This document shows positions 56,254 to 64,000 of a stretch of DNA of 64,000 nucleotides, in pieces; position 1 is the first letter of the stretch; every line of letters begins with the position of its first letter. The stretch spans positions 864,001 through 928,000 of the forward strand of contig CAVZYA010000001.1 of the NCBI GenBank assembly GCA_963779415.1, given 5' to 3'. Source of the stretch: an uncultured Acidobacteriota bacterium. Its GTDB lineage: Bacteria; Acidobacteriota; Thermoanaerobaculia; UBA5066. Under the pieces are notes generated by a model. That model made no database searches. It saw only the letters and a list, made by a program, of their open reading frames with translations, and was not told the origin of the DNA. The translations under genes were made by a program, and so were the position numbers.

Positions 56254-57524
56254 GTCCCCCCTCCGTCGCGCATCTTCATGAGGTGCTGCCGGATCATGAC
56301 GAGGGCCGCCGAAACCGTCCAGCGACGGACGAGGGCGCGGTCCCCGGCGAAGAGGACGCTCCTGTGGAGGCGGGCGCCGTCCGCACCGTCGAGGGCCATG
56401 TGGACGGTCCCGACCGGCTTTTCGGCCGAGCCGCCCGTGGGGCCCGCGATGCCCGTCACCGAGAACCCGATCGTCGCGCCAAAACGGACCCGCGCCCCGG
56501 CCGCCATCTCGCGCGCCGTCTCCTCCGAGACCGCGCCGAACCGCTCCAGCGTCTCCGGCCGGACTCCGACGAGGCCCGCCTTCGCCGAGTTCGCGTAGGT
56601 CACGGCCGAACCGAGGAAATAGTCCGACGCGCCCGGCGCCTCGGTCAGCCGGCCGGCGATGAGGCCGCCCGTACACGACTCGGCGAGCGCGAGCGTCTGC
56701 CCGAGGCTCCGGAGCAGCGAGCCGACGTTTCCCTCCAGCGTCTCGGCGTCACGCCCGAAAATGCTGTCGCCGAGAGCCTTCCGGAAATCGGCCTCGATCC
56801 GATCGAGGATCGCCTCGGCTTCCTCCGCCGTTCCGCTCGCGGCGAAGTGGAGCTGGACCTCTCCGGCATTCGCGAGAATCGTGATCGGAGACCCCGCGTG
56901 GGCGGCGTAGACCGGCTGGATCCGCTCTTCGACGAAGCTCTCCGGAAGCCCTCCCACCTTGAGGATCCGCCGGTGAACGCCGGCCCTGCCGAAGAGCCGG
57001 GCAAGCCTCGGCGCCGCCTCGTCCGCCCACATCGTCTTCAGCTCGACCGGGACGCCCGGGAGCAGGACGACCGCCCGGCCTCCCTCTTCGACGAGGAATC
57101 CGGGGGCCGACCCGGGCCGGTTTTCGAGGACGACGGCGCCTTCGACGATGTCGGCCTGCTTCTCGTTCACGCTCGGCATCTCCCAGCCCCGCCGGCGGAA
57201 CCGTTCGCGGATGCGCCCGAGGATCTCCTCGTCGCGAACCAGCTTCCGGCCGAGGATCGCCGCGAGGACCTCCTTCGTCCGGTCGTCCGCCGTCGGGCCG
57301 AGCCCCCCCGAGACGACGAGCAGGGGCGCGCGCCCCATGGCGAGACGCATCTCCGCCTCGAGCTCCGGCCACTCGTCCCCCACGCACGCCTTCCGGACGA
57401 CCCGGAGCCCCATCGTCTCAAGCTCCCCCGTCAAAAAGAGCGAATTCGTGTCGAGCCGGGTCGTTCCCAGGAGCTCACTCCCGACGGCGAGGATCGAGGC
57501 GGTCGAAGAAACGGCATCGCTCAT
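56250..57524 (-). CDS. cinA: CinA family protein (molybdopterin-binding-like domain plus NMN deamidase)
   Basis: VGSELL, DTNS, SGGLGPTADD, LPGVP, AESCTGG, TGIAGP. Confidence 0.93.
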   Translation of the reverse strand: MSDAVSSTASILAVGSELLGTTRLDTNSLFLTGELETMGLRVVRKACVGDEWPELEAEMRLAMGRAPLLVVSGGLGPTADDRTKEVLAAILGRKLVRDEEILGRIRERFRRRGWEMPSVNEKQADIVEGAVVLENRPGSAPGFLVEEGGRAVVLLPGVPVELKTMWADEAAPRLARLFGRAGVHRRILKVGGLPESFVEERIQPVYAAHAGSPITILANAGEVQLHFAASGTAEEAEAILDRIEADFRKALGDSIFGRDAETLEGNVGSLLRSLGQTLALAESCTGGLIAGRLTEAPGASDYFLGSAVTYANSAKAGLVGVRPETLERFGAVSEETAREMAAGARVRFGATIGFSVTGIAGPTGGSAEKPVGTVHMALDGADGARLHRSVLFAGDRALVRRWTVSAALVMIRQHLMKMRDGGGT

Positions 57525-59557
57525 CGCACCGCGGGCTCCTCTTCCTGAAGCTTTCTCAGAAGCTCCTCCCACTCGGCCATCTTCTCCGAAACCGACTTCT
57601 TTCTGCTTTCGATCTCCGAGCGGACGGCGCGAACCCGGTCGCCGTCACGCGCGACCGAAGGATCTGCGAAAGATTCTTCAAAGGAAGAAATCTCCCGTTC
57701 GAGCCCCGTGATCTCCGATTCGAGGGCCTCGATGCGAGCCCGGTCCTTCTGGCGCCGCCTCTCGGCGGTGCGGTCGGGGCGACTTGCCCTCGGCTGGCCG
57801 GTGTCAAGGGTCTCCGACCGCCCCGCGGCGCGCGAAGCGCGCCCTTGACTCCGGCCAGCCGGGCGCACGTTTTCCTCTATCGGCGGCTGCGCCTGCAGCC
57901 GCCGCATATCAGAAGAACTCTTCTCCTTCTTTCTTCGAACCAGATCGCCGTAGTTGCCCTCGAAGTCTTCTATCGTCCGCGCTCCGGGTGGCCCCGAGAT
58001 CTCCAGCACCCGCGTCGCGATCCGGTCGACGAACCAGCGGTCGTGCGAGACGAAGATGATCGCGCCTTCGAACTCCAGGAGCGCCTCTTCGAGCCGCTCG
58101 CGGGCCTCGAGGTCGAGGTGGTTCGTCGGCTCGTCGAGAAGAAGGAGGTTCGCGCCGCCGAAGACGATCCGCGCGAGCGACAGCCTCCCCCGCTCGCCCC
58201 CGGAAAGCGTTCCGAGGCGCTGCTCCACCTCGTCCCCCCGGAAATCGAAGAGGGCGAGGAAGTCGCGCGCCTCCTGCACGGTGAGCGTCGGGTCGAGATC
58301 GGTCACGACGTCGAGGACCTTTGCCGACGGCGCAAGGTCGGCCATCTCCTGGTCGTAGTAACCCGCGAGGACTCCCGTGCCCCACTTCATCGATCCGGAG
58401 AGAGGCGGGATGACGCGCGCCAGAGTCTTCAAAAGCGTCGTCTTTCCGCAGCCGTTCGGCCCCCAGAGCGCGAGCCGCTCTCCCCGCCTGAGGAGGAAGG
58501 TGAGCGGGGGGAGGAGCGGCCCGGTCCCGGCCCACCCCGCCTCGATCCCGAAGGTCTCCAGGACCCGCCCGCCCGAGACGCGCGCCTCCTCGAAGCGGAA
58601 GACGACCTCATTCGTGTCTTCTCCAGGAGCCTCGACCCGCTCGAGGCGCGCCAGCATCTTCCTCCGCGCCTGCGCCTGCTTCGTCTTCTGGCCGGCGATG
58701 TTCCGGCGGATGAAATCCTCGGTCCGTTCGACCAGCTTCCTCTGCTCCTCGGCCGCCTTCGATCGAAGCCGCTCGCGCTCGGCTTTGAGCTTCCGGTAGG
58801 TGTCGTAGTCGCCGGGATAGTCCTCGAGCTCTCCGTGGGCGACCTCCACGATCCGGTCGCAGACGGCGTTCAGGAACCGGCGGTCATGCGAGACGACGAG
58901 CGCGGCCTGTCCGGCCGTCCGCTTCCGTTCCGAGAGCCATTCCTCGAGGAACTCCATCCCGGCGACGTCGAGATGGTTCGTCGGCTCGTCGAGGAGGAGG
59001 ACCCGGGCCGACGTCAGGAGGAGCCGCGCGATCTGCGCCCGGTGCTTCTGCCCGCCGGAAAGCTCGCCAACCGGGCGGTCCCACGTCCCGGCGTCGAGCC
59101 CGACGCCCGTCAGGACTCGCGCCACCCTCGCATCGGCCTCGTATCCGCCGTCCCGCGCGAACTGCTCGCGGAGATCGTCGTACTCGTGGAGAAGCGCTTC
59201 GAGCGCCGCCCGGTCGGCAGGCTCCCCCATCGCGGCGATCTCCTCCTCCAGCCGCTGCATCTCCCGCTCGTCGGCGGCGAAGTGCTCCTGCGCGCGCGCG
59301 ACGAAAGCGCGGAGCGCTTCCTCCCCTTCGGGCTCGACGGCCTGCTCCAGCGAGGCGAAGGTGGTCGTCCCCGCGAGCAGCCGGCGACCGGCGTCGGGCT
59401 CGAGGAGTCCCTGGACGATCTTCAGGACCGTCGTCTTCCCCGCGCCGTTCCGTCCCACGAGGCCGACGACCCGCCCCGGATCGTGCTGCCACGTCGCCCC
59501 CGCGAGGACATCCTTCGTACCGAAGCTCTTCGCGACGTTCTCCAGCCGGTAGAGCAC
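57521..59557 (-). CDS. ABC-F family ATPase
   Basis: Two ABC cassettes (GRNGAGKTT, GPNGCGKTT), LLDEPTNHLD twice, C-terminal coiled coil. Confidence 0.93.
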   Translation of the reverse strand: MLYRLENVAKSFGTKDVLAGATWQHDPGRVVGLVGRNGAGKTTVLKIVQGLLEPDAGRRLLAGTTTFASLEQAVEPEGEEALRAFVARAQEHFAADEREMQRLEEEIAAMGEPADRAALEALLHEYDDLREQFARDGGYEADARVARVLTGVGLDAGTWDRPVGELSGGQKHRAQIARLLLTSARVLLLDEPTNHLDVAGMEFLEEWLSERKRTAGQAALVVSHDRRFLNAVCDRIVEVAHGELEDYPGDYDTYRKLKAERERLRSKAAEEQRKLVERTEDFIRRNIAGQKTKQAQARRKMLARLERVEAPGEDTNEVVFRFEEARVSGGRVLETFGIEAGWAGTGPLLPPLTFLLRRGERLALWGPNGCGKTTLLKTLARVIPPLSGSMKWGTGVLAGYYDQEMADLAPSAKVLDVVTDLDPTLTVQEARDFLALFDFRGDEVEQRLGTLSGGERGRLSLARIVFGGANLLLLDEPTNHLDLEARERLEEALLEFEGAIIFVSHDRWFVDRIATRVLEISGPPGARTIEDFEGNYGDLVRRKKEKSSSDMRRLQAQPPIEENVRPAGRSQGRASRAAGRSETLDTGQPRASRPDRTAERRRQKDRARIEALESEITGLEREISSFEESFADPSVARDGDRVRAVRSEIESRKKSVSEKMAEWEELLRKLQEEEPAVR

Positions 59558-59593
59558 CGGGCGAGGATAAACGAAGGCCGTCGGGTCTCCCGG

Positions 59594-60904
59594 TCAGAGC
59601 CGCTCGACCGCGAGCGGAAGGGGCGATACGAGGGTCCCGGGGGGCGCGATCTCGAAGCAGGCGGCGAGGCGCCGGAAGTACGTGTCGTCGGGGTTCGCCG
59701 TCTTCCCCAGCTCGACGGTGACGAGCGGCTCTCCCTTTTCGACGACATCGCCCGGCTTCCTCCGGATCCGGAAGCCCGAGGCCGGGTCGATCCCGTCGTC
59801 CTTCGTCCGCCGCCCGCACCCGATCTCGATGGCGAGGAGGCCCAGCTCCCGCGTCGCGACGCGGGCCACGACACCCGACTCGCGGGCCGTGATGTCCCGC
59901 CGTCCGGCGGGCCGGGGGAGTCGAGTCGGGTCGTCACAGACCGAAGCGTCGCCCCCCTGCGCGTGGACCAGCCGGGCGAAGGTCTCGAGAGCGCGCCCGT
60001 CCGAGAGCGCCGCGTTGAGCCGCGTCCTCGCCGCCTTCTCGCTCCGCTCGATCCCGGCCGCCAACACGAGATCGATGCCGAGCAGGAGGACGTTCTCCCG
60101 GAGGTCGGCAGGGCCTTCGCCTCCGAGCATCCGGATCGACTCGGCCACCTCGTTCGCGTTCCCGACGGCCTCCCCGAGCGGACGGTCCATCGCGAGGATC
60201 CAGCCGGAGGCCCTCCCTCCGGCGGCGCGTGCCGTGTCGACGAGCGCCCGTCCGAGCGTCCACGCGTCGGCGGGGTCCGACATGAAGGCCCCGTTGCCGG
60301 TCTTCACGTCGAAGACGACGGCGTGAGCCCCCGTCGCGAGCTTCTTCGAGAGGATCGAGGCCGTGATGAGCGGGATCGATTCGACGGTCCCCGTCACGTC
60401 GCGAAGGGCGTAGAGCCGTCGGTCCGCGGGCGCGACGCTCTCCGTCTGCCCGATCAGCGCGCAACCGACGGTGTCGAGCAGCCGGTCGAACTCGGGCTTC
60501 GGGAGCGCCGTCCGGAATCCGGGGATCGCCTCCAGCTTGTCGAGCGTTCCCCCCGTGTGCCCGAGGCCGCGCCCCGACATCATCCCCGACTTGACGCCGA
60601 CCGCGGCGAGAAGCGGCGCGAGGACGAGCGTCACCTTGTCCCCGACCCCGCCCGTCGAGTGCTTGTCCGCGACGAACCCGTGGGGCGAGAGATCCCACGT
60701 CTCGCCCGAGCGCATCATGGCGAAGGTCAGCGCGGCCGTCTCGGCCGTCGTCATCCCGCGGCAGCAGACCGCCATCAGAAAGGCCGCCGCCTGCTCGTCG
60801 GGGATGGTCCGGTCCGTGACTCCGCGGACGAAGTCGGCGATCTCCCCTTCCGAGAGCTCCGCGCCCTCCCGCTTCCGGACGATCGTCCGGACGAAGAGGC
60901 TCAT
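59594..60904 (-). CDS. pdp: Pyrimidine-nucleoside/thymidine phosphorylase
   Basis: DKHSTGGVGDK, SGRGLGHTGGTLDKLE, ILSKK, DVKTGNGAFM. Confidence 0.93.
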   Translation of the reverse strand: MSLFVRTIVRKREGAELSEGEIADFVRGVTDRTIPDEQAAAFLMAVCCRGMTTAETAALTFAMMRSGETWDLSPHGFVADKHSTGGVGDKVTLVLAPLLAAVGVKSGMMSGRGLGHTGGTLDKLEAIPGFRTALPKPEFDRLLDTVGCALIGQTESVAPADRRLYALRDVTGTVESIPLITASILSKKLATGAHAVVFDVKTGNGAFMSDPADAWTLGRALVDTARAAGGRASGWILAMDRPLGEAVGNANEVAESIRMLGGEGPADLRENVLLLGIDLVLAAGIERSEKAARTRLNAALSDGRALETFARLVHAQGGDASVCDDPTRLPRPAGRRDITARESGVVARVATRELGLLAIEIGCGRRTKDDGIDPASGFRIRRKPGDVVEKGEPLVTVELGKTANPDDTYFRRLAACFEIAPPGTLVSPLPLAVERL

Positions 60905-62355
60905 TTCGCGGCGGTCTCCCCGAGCGACTTCCTGATCCTGTCGCGCCATTCGTCCGCCGTCTTCTCCGCAGCCGCGGCGTCGACGCTCCGGAACCTCGCG
61001 CCGTCCCAGAGGATCTTCCCGCCCACGACCGTGAGAGAAACGTCGCTCTCCTTCACGGAATAGACGAGCGCCGACGCCAGGTCGTAGACGGGATGCGTCC
61101 GCGGGACGGAGAGGTCGACGGCGATGAGATCGGCCGCCTTCCCGGCCTCCAGCGAGCCGGTCACCTTCTCGAGGCCGAGGGCCCTCGCCCCGTCGATCGT
61201 CGCCATCCGGAGGAGGTCGCGCGCCGGAAGGACGGTCGGGTCGAGCGCCGCCACCTTGGCGAGCTTCCCGGCGAAGTCCATCGCCTCCCACATGTCGAGG
61301 TCGTTGTTCGAGCCGGCGACACCATCGGTCCCGAGGGCCACCGTCACGCCCGCCTTTCGGGCGGCGACGATCGGCGCCACTCCCGAGCCGAGCTTCATGT
61401 TCGACTCGGGGTTGTGCGAGAGGGCGACGCCCTTCGCCGCGAAGAGGGCGAGGTCCCCGGCGTCCAGCCAGACGCCGTGCGCCGCGACGACGCGCGGGCC
61501 GAGAAAGCCGATCGAGCCGAGCCACTTCGCCGGCGTCGTCCCGTATTTTTCGAGTATCTGCCTCTGCTCGTCCTGTGTCTCCGAGACGTGGATGAGGAGC
61601 GGCGCCCCGTACTCGTCCGCGAGCGCCCGGGCGGCGACGAGAGTCTCCTTCGAGCAGGTGAACGGCGCGTGCGGCGCGACGGCGGCGACGATCCTCGGAT
61701 GCCCCTTCCACTTCTCGAGGAACGCCCGGGTGACCGTTCGGGTCTCCTCGAGGTCCTTGTGGTCCGGCACGGGGAAATCGAGCCAGGTCTCACCCAGGAC
61801 GGCCCTCATCCCGCACGCGTCGACGGCTGCCGCGACGTCCGACTCGTAGTAGTACATGTCGGCGAACGTCGTCGTCCCGCCCCGGACCATCTCGAGGCAG
61901 GCGAGCGTCGTCCCGGCCTTCACGAAGCCGGGCGAGACGTTCTTCGCCTCCGCCGGGAAGATCGTCTTTCCGAGCCATTCCATCAGCGGCTTGTCGTCCG
62001 CGATGCCGCGCATCAGGCTCATCGCGGCGTGCGTGTGCGTGTTGACCAGGCCCGGCATCACGACGGCCGAGGGGCGCGAGATCTTCTGCTTCGGCCGAAA
62101 ACGGGACGACAGGTCGTCGGGAGAGCCGATGGCGACGATCTTTCCATCCGAGATCGCGACCGCGCCGGGAGAGAGCACCCGGTCCGCTTCGTCCATCGTC
62201 ATGACGTACCTCGCCGTGACGAGGAGATCGACCGGAGAGAGAGTCTTCTTAGAGGAGACGCGGGACGGCTGATCAGCGGCGACCAGAGCCGCCGCGCCCG
62301 TAAACGCGGCGCACAACGTGACGAAAGCCCCGACGCGACCTAATCGAAGAGACAT
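60901..62355 (-). CDS. MtaD-like (MTA/SAH deaminase family) amidohydrolase with signal peptide
   Basis: PGLVNTHTH, GTTTFADMY, PHAP, HVSET, HNPESNMKL, GTDG..SNN. N-terminal h-region ending ALVAA. Confidence 0.85.
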   Translation of the reverse strand: MSLRLGRVGAFVTLCAAFTGAAALVAADQPSRVSSKKTLSPVDLLVTARYVMTMDEADRVLSPGAVAISDGKIVAIGSPDDLSSRFRPKQKISRPSAVVMPGLVNTHTHAAMSLMRGIADDKPLMEWLGKTIFPAEAKNVSPGFVKAGTTLACLEMVRGGTTTFADMYYYESDVAAAVDACGMRAVLGETWLDFPVPDHKDLEETRTVTRAFLEKWKGHPRIVAAVAPHAPFTCSKETLVAARALADEYGAPLLIHVSETQDEQRQILEKYGTTPAKWLGSIGFLGPRVVAAHGVWLDAGDLALFAAKGVALSHNPESNMKLGSGVAPIVAARKAGVTVALGTDGVAGSNNDLDMWEAMDFAGKLAKVAALDPTVLPARDLLRMATIDGARALGLEKVTGSLEAGKAADLIAVDLSVPRTHPVYDLASALVYSVKESDVSLTVVGGKILWDGARFRSVDAAAAEKTADEWRDRIRKSLGETAAK

Positions 62356-62435
62356 CGCAGACTCCCTATTGACCTTCTAAGAAAATCTCTCCTCGTCTCT
62401 CTTCGAACCTCACAACCCACTCCCGCGCCCGTCAC

Positions 62436-62861
62436 TCACGCCTTCGGCCCGAACTCGAAGGCGTACGGGAGGAGCGCCGCGAGGCGGATCTCCGCCCGCC
62501 GTCCGCCGGTCGTCTGCATGACGACGTCGATGTCGCGGCACTGGTCCCAGAGGACCTGGCGGCAGGCTCCGCAGGGGGCGGTCGGCTCGTCGGCCGCCGT
62601 CACGACGGCGACGGCCCGAAAACCCCGGACTCCCTCGGAGAGCGCCTTGAAGACCGCCGTCCGCTCGGCGCAGACGGTCAGCCCGAAGGAAGCGGATTCG
62701 ACGTTACAACCGGTGAAGAGACGTCCGTCCTCCGAGAGGAGCGCGGCGCCGACCCGGAACTTCGAGTAAGGGGCCGAGGCGTGGCGCCGCGCGTCTGCGG
62801 CGGCCGCCACGAGCGTCCTCTTCTCGGCATTCGTGAGAGGCCGGCAGGCCTTCGGCTTCAT
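62436..62861 (-). CDS. cdd: Cytidine deaminase
   Basis: APYSKF, GCNVE, CAER, PCGACRQ. Confidence 0.95.
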   Translation of the reverse strand: MKPKACRPLTNAEKRTLVAAAADARRHASAPYSKFRVGAALLSEDGRLFTGCNVESASFGLTVCAERTAVFKALSEGVRGFRAVAVVTAADEPTAPCGACRQVLWDQCRDIDVVMQTTGGRRAEIRLAALLPYAFEFGPKA

Positions 62862-63760
62862 CGCCGCCGCGCCCTCTTCTTCCGGCCGAAAGCCCGCAGC
62901 ACGCGGGCGACCGGCGTGTCGGGCGGCGCCTCGCCGGTCCGGCCCGATCCGATCGCCTCGACGAGGCCGCTCAGGAGCCGGACGAACCGGACCTTCACCC
63001 GCTCCGTCGTCTCGAGGACCTCGGTGTGGACGAGCGGCTTCTTCACGACCCCCGCGGCCATGTTCGTGACGCACGAGATTCCGACGACGCCGACTCCCAT
63101 CTGGGCCAGCGCGATCACCTCCGGCACTGTCGACATCCCGACGGCATCGGCGCCGAGCGTCCGGAAAGCGCGGATTTCGGCCGGCGTCTCGTACGACGGC
63201 CCGTGGAGACCGACGTAGACGCCGCGCTTCAGAGGGACGCGCTCCCGCCGGGCCACGCGGATCGCCACCTTGCGGAGGTCCGCCCGGTAGGCGTCCGACA
63301 TGTCCGGAAAACGCGGGCCCATGTCGTCTTCGTGCAGCCCGACGAGCGGGTTCGACCCGAAGAAGTTGAGATGGTCTTCGATCAGCATCAGGTCGCCCGG
63401 ACGCATCGAGCGCGCGATCCCCCCGGCCGCGTTCGTCACGATGACGTCGCGGCAGCCGATCAGCCCGAGGACGCGGGCCGGGAAGACGACGAGCGACATC
63501 GGGTGCCCTTCGTAGTAGTGGACGCGCCCTGACAGCACCACCGTCGGGACTCCGCGGACACGTCCGGCGACGAGCTTTCCGGCGTGGCCGACGACGGCCG
63601 AGGCCGGAAAGCCCGGGATCTTCCCGTACGGAATGGTCACGGCCCCCGTCATCCCTTCGGCGAACTCCCCGAGGCCCGAGCCGAGGATGACCCCGACGGC
63701 GGGAGGCTCCGGGAGCTTCTCGGTCAGCCAGTCGGCCGCGGCTTTCAGCTTCGCATCCAT
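62858..63760 (-). CDS. punA: Purine nucleoside phosphorylase (trimeric type)
   Basis: ILGSGLG, GRVHYYEG, TNAAGG, GPSYETPAE, VGMSTVPE. Confidence 0.93.
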   Translation of the reverse strand: MDAKLKAAADWLTEKLPEPPAVGVILGSGLGEFAEGMTGAVTIPYGKIPGFPASAVVGHAGKLVAGRVRGVPTVVLSGRVHYYEGHPMSLVVFPARVLGLIGCRDVIVTNAAGGIARSMRPGDLMLIEDHLNFFGSNPLVGLHEDDMGPRFPDMSDAYRADLRKVAIRVARRERVPLKRGVYVGLHGPSYETPAEIRAFRTLGADAVGMSTVPEVIALAQMGVGVVGISCVTNMAAGVVKKPLVHTEVLETTERVKVRFVRLLSGLVEAIGSGRTGEAPPDTPVARVLRAFGRKKRARRR

Positions 63761-63770
63761 GTCGTTCCTT

Positions 63771-64000
63771 TCACGAGAGGATTCCGGCGATCGTCGCGCT
63801 CATGAAGGTGGCGAGCGATCCCCCGAGAAGCGCCCAGAGCCCGAGCCGGGCGATGTCGCTCTTGCGGCTCGGGGCGAGCCCGCCGATGCCGCCGATCTGG
63901 ATGCCGATCGACGAGAAGTTCGCGAAGCCGCAAAGGGCGAACGAGGCGATGAGCCGTCCCTTCGCGCTCCACTCGCCGATCGGGATCTTCGTCATCTCGG
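63771..64000 (-). CDS. nupC: NupC/CNT nucleoside transporter, C-terminal part (5' end outside window)
   Basis: [32 protein letters not shown]. Confidence 0.9.
   Translation of the reverse strand, partial: EMTKIPIGEWSAKGRLIASFALCGFANFSSIGIQIGGIGGLAPSRKSDIARLGLWALLGGSLATFMSATIAGILS

Noticed and set aside
57845-61063. 1072-aa plus-strand ORF and many similar long antisense ORFs (e.g. 31703..34063, 43480..45483)
   Set aside because: They mirror well-supported genes on the opposite strand, which is expected at high GC, and show no recognisable motifs.
1-64000. CRISPR arrays, rRNA, tRNA, prophage or defence genes
   Set aside because: None recognised by eye. A covariance-model or HMM scan would be needed to exclude small RNAs.

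Overview
High-GC bacterial chromosomal window. The secreted-domain repertoire and gene style suggest Acidobacteriota, probably Thermoanaerobaculia (inference). From start to end it holds: (1) the tail of a secreted repeat-domain protein, a frameshifted Ser/Thr kinase-FGE-hydrolase fusion and a thiolase/DUF35 pair; (2) a phosphate island (ppx, GH1, PHP, GT21 glucosyltransferase, DUF47-PiT, pstSCAB-phoBR-phoU) with 11-nt-periodic Pho-box-like repeats; (3) CoA/pantothenate genes (coaBC, coaX, panBEC) and mgsA; (4) an S9 peptidase with an MFSD1-like transporter; (5) a ~16 kb metal-uptake island (Lol-like ABC system, CxxCxC outer-membrane protein, two Zn/Mn ABC sets, TonB receptor, Tat-exported Fe-SOD, secreted HEXXH peptidase); (6) a small lower-GC insert with an IS3 remnant and an integron-cassette-like gene; (7) gpsA-plsY-cinA-ABC-F and a nucleoside salvage operon. 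The most striking signal is three small leader ORFs (hydrophobic segment, HxH, CxxC, C-terminal RSPP), each directly upstream of a secreted or outer-membrane gene. Each has a -10-like hexamer exactly 10 nt before its start and downstream RNA segments that can hide or expose the next gene's Shine-Dalgarno site, suggesting a metal-sensing ribosome-stalling switch used three times. About ten frameshifts, some in housekeeping genes, point to long-read indel errors. No rRNA, tRNA or CRISPR array was seen.
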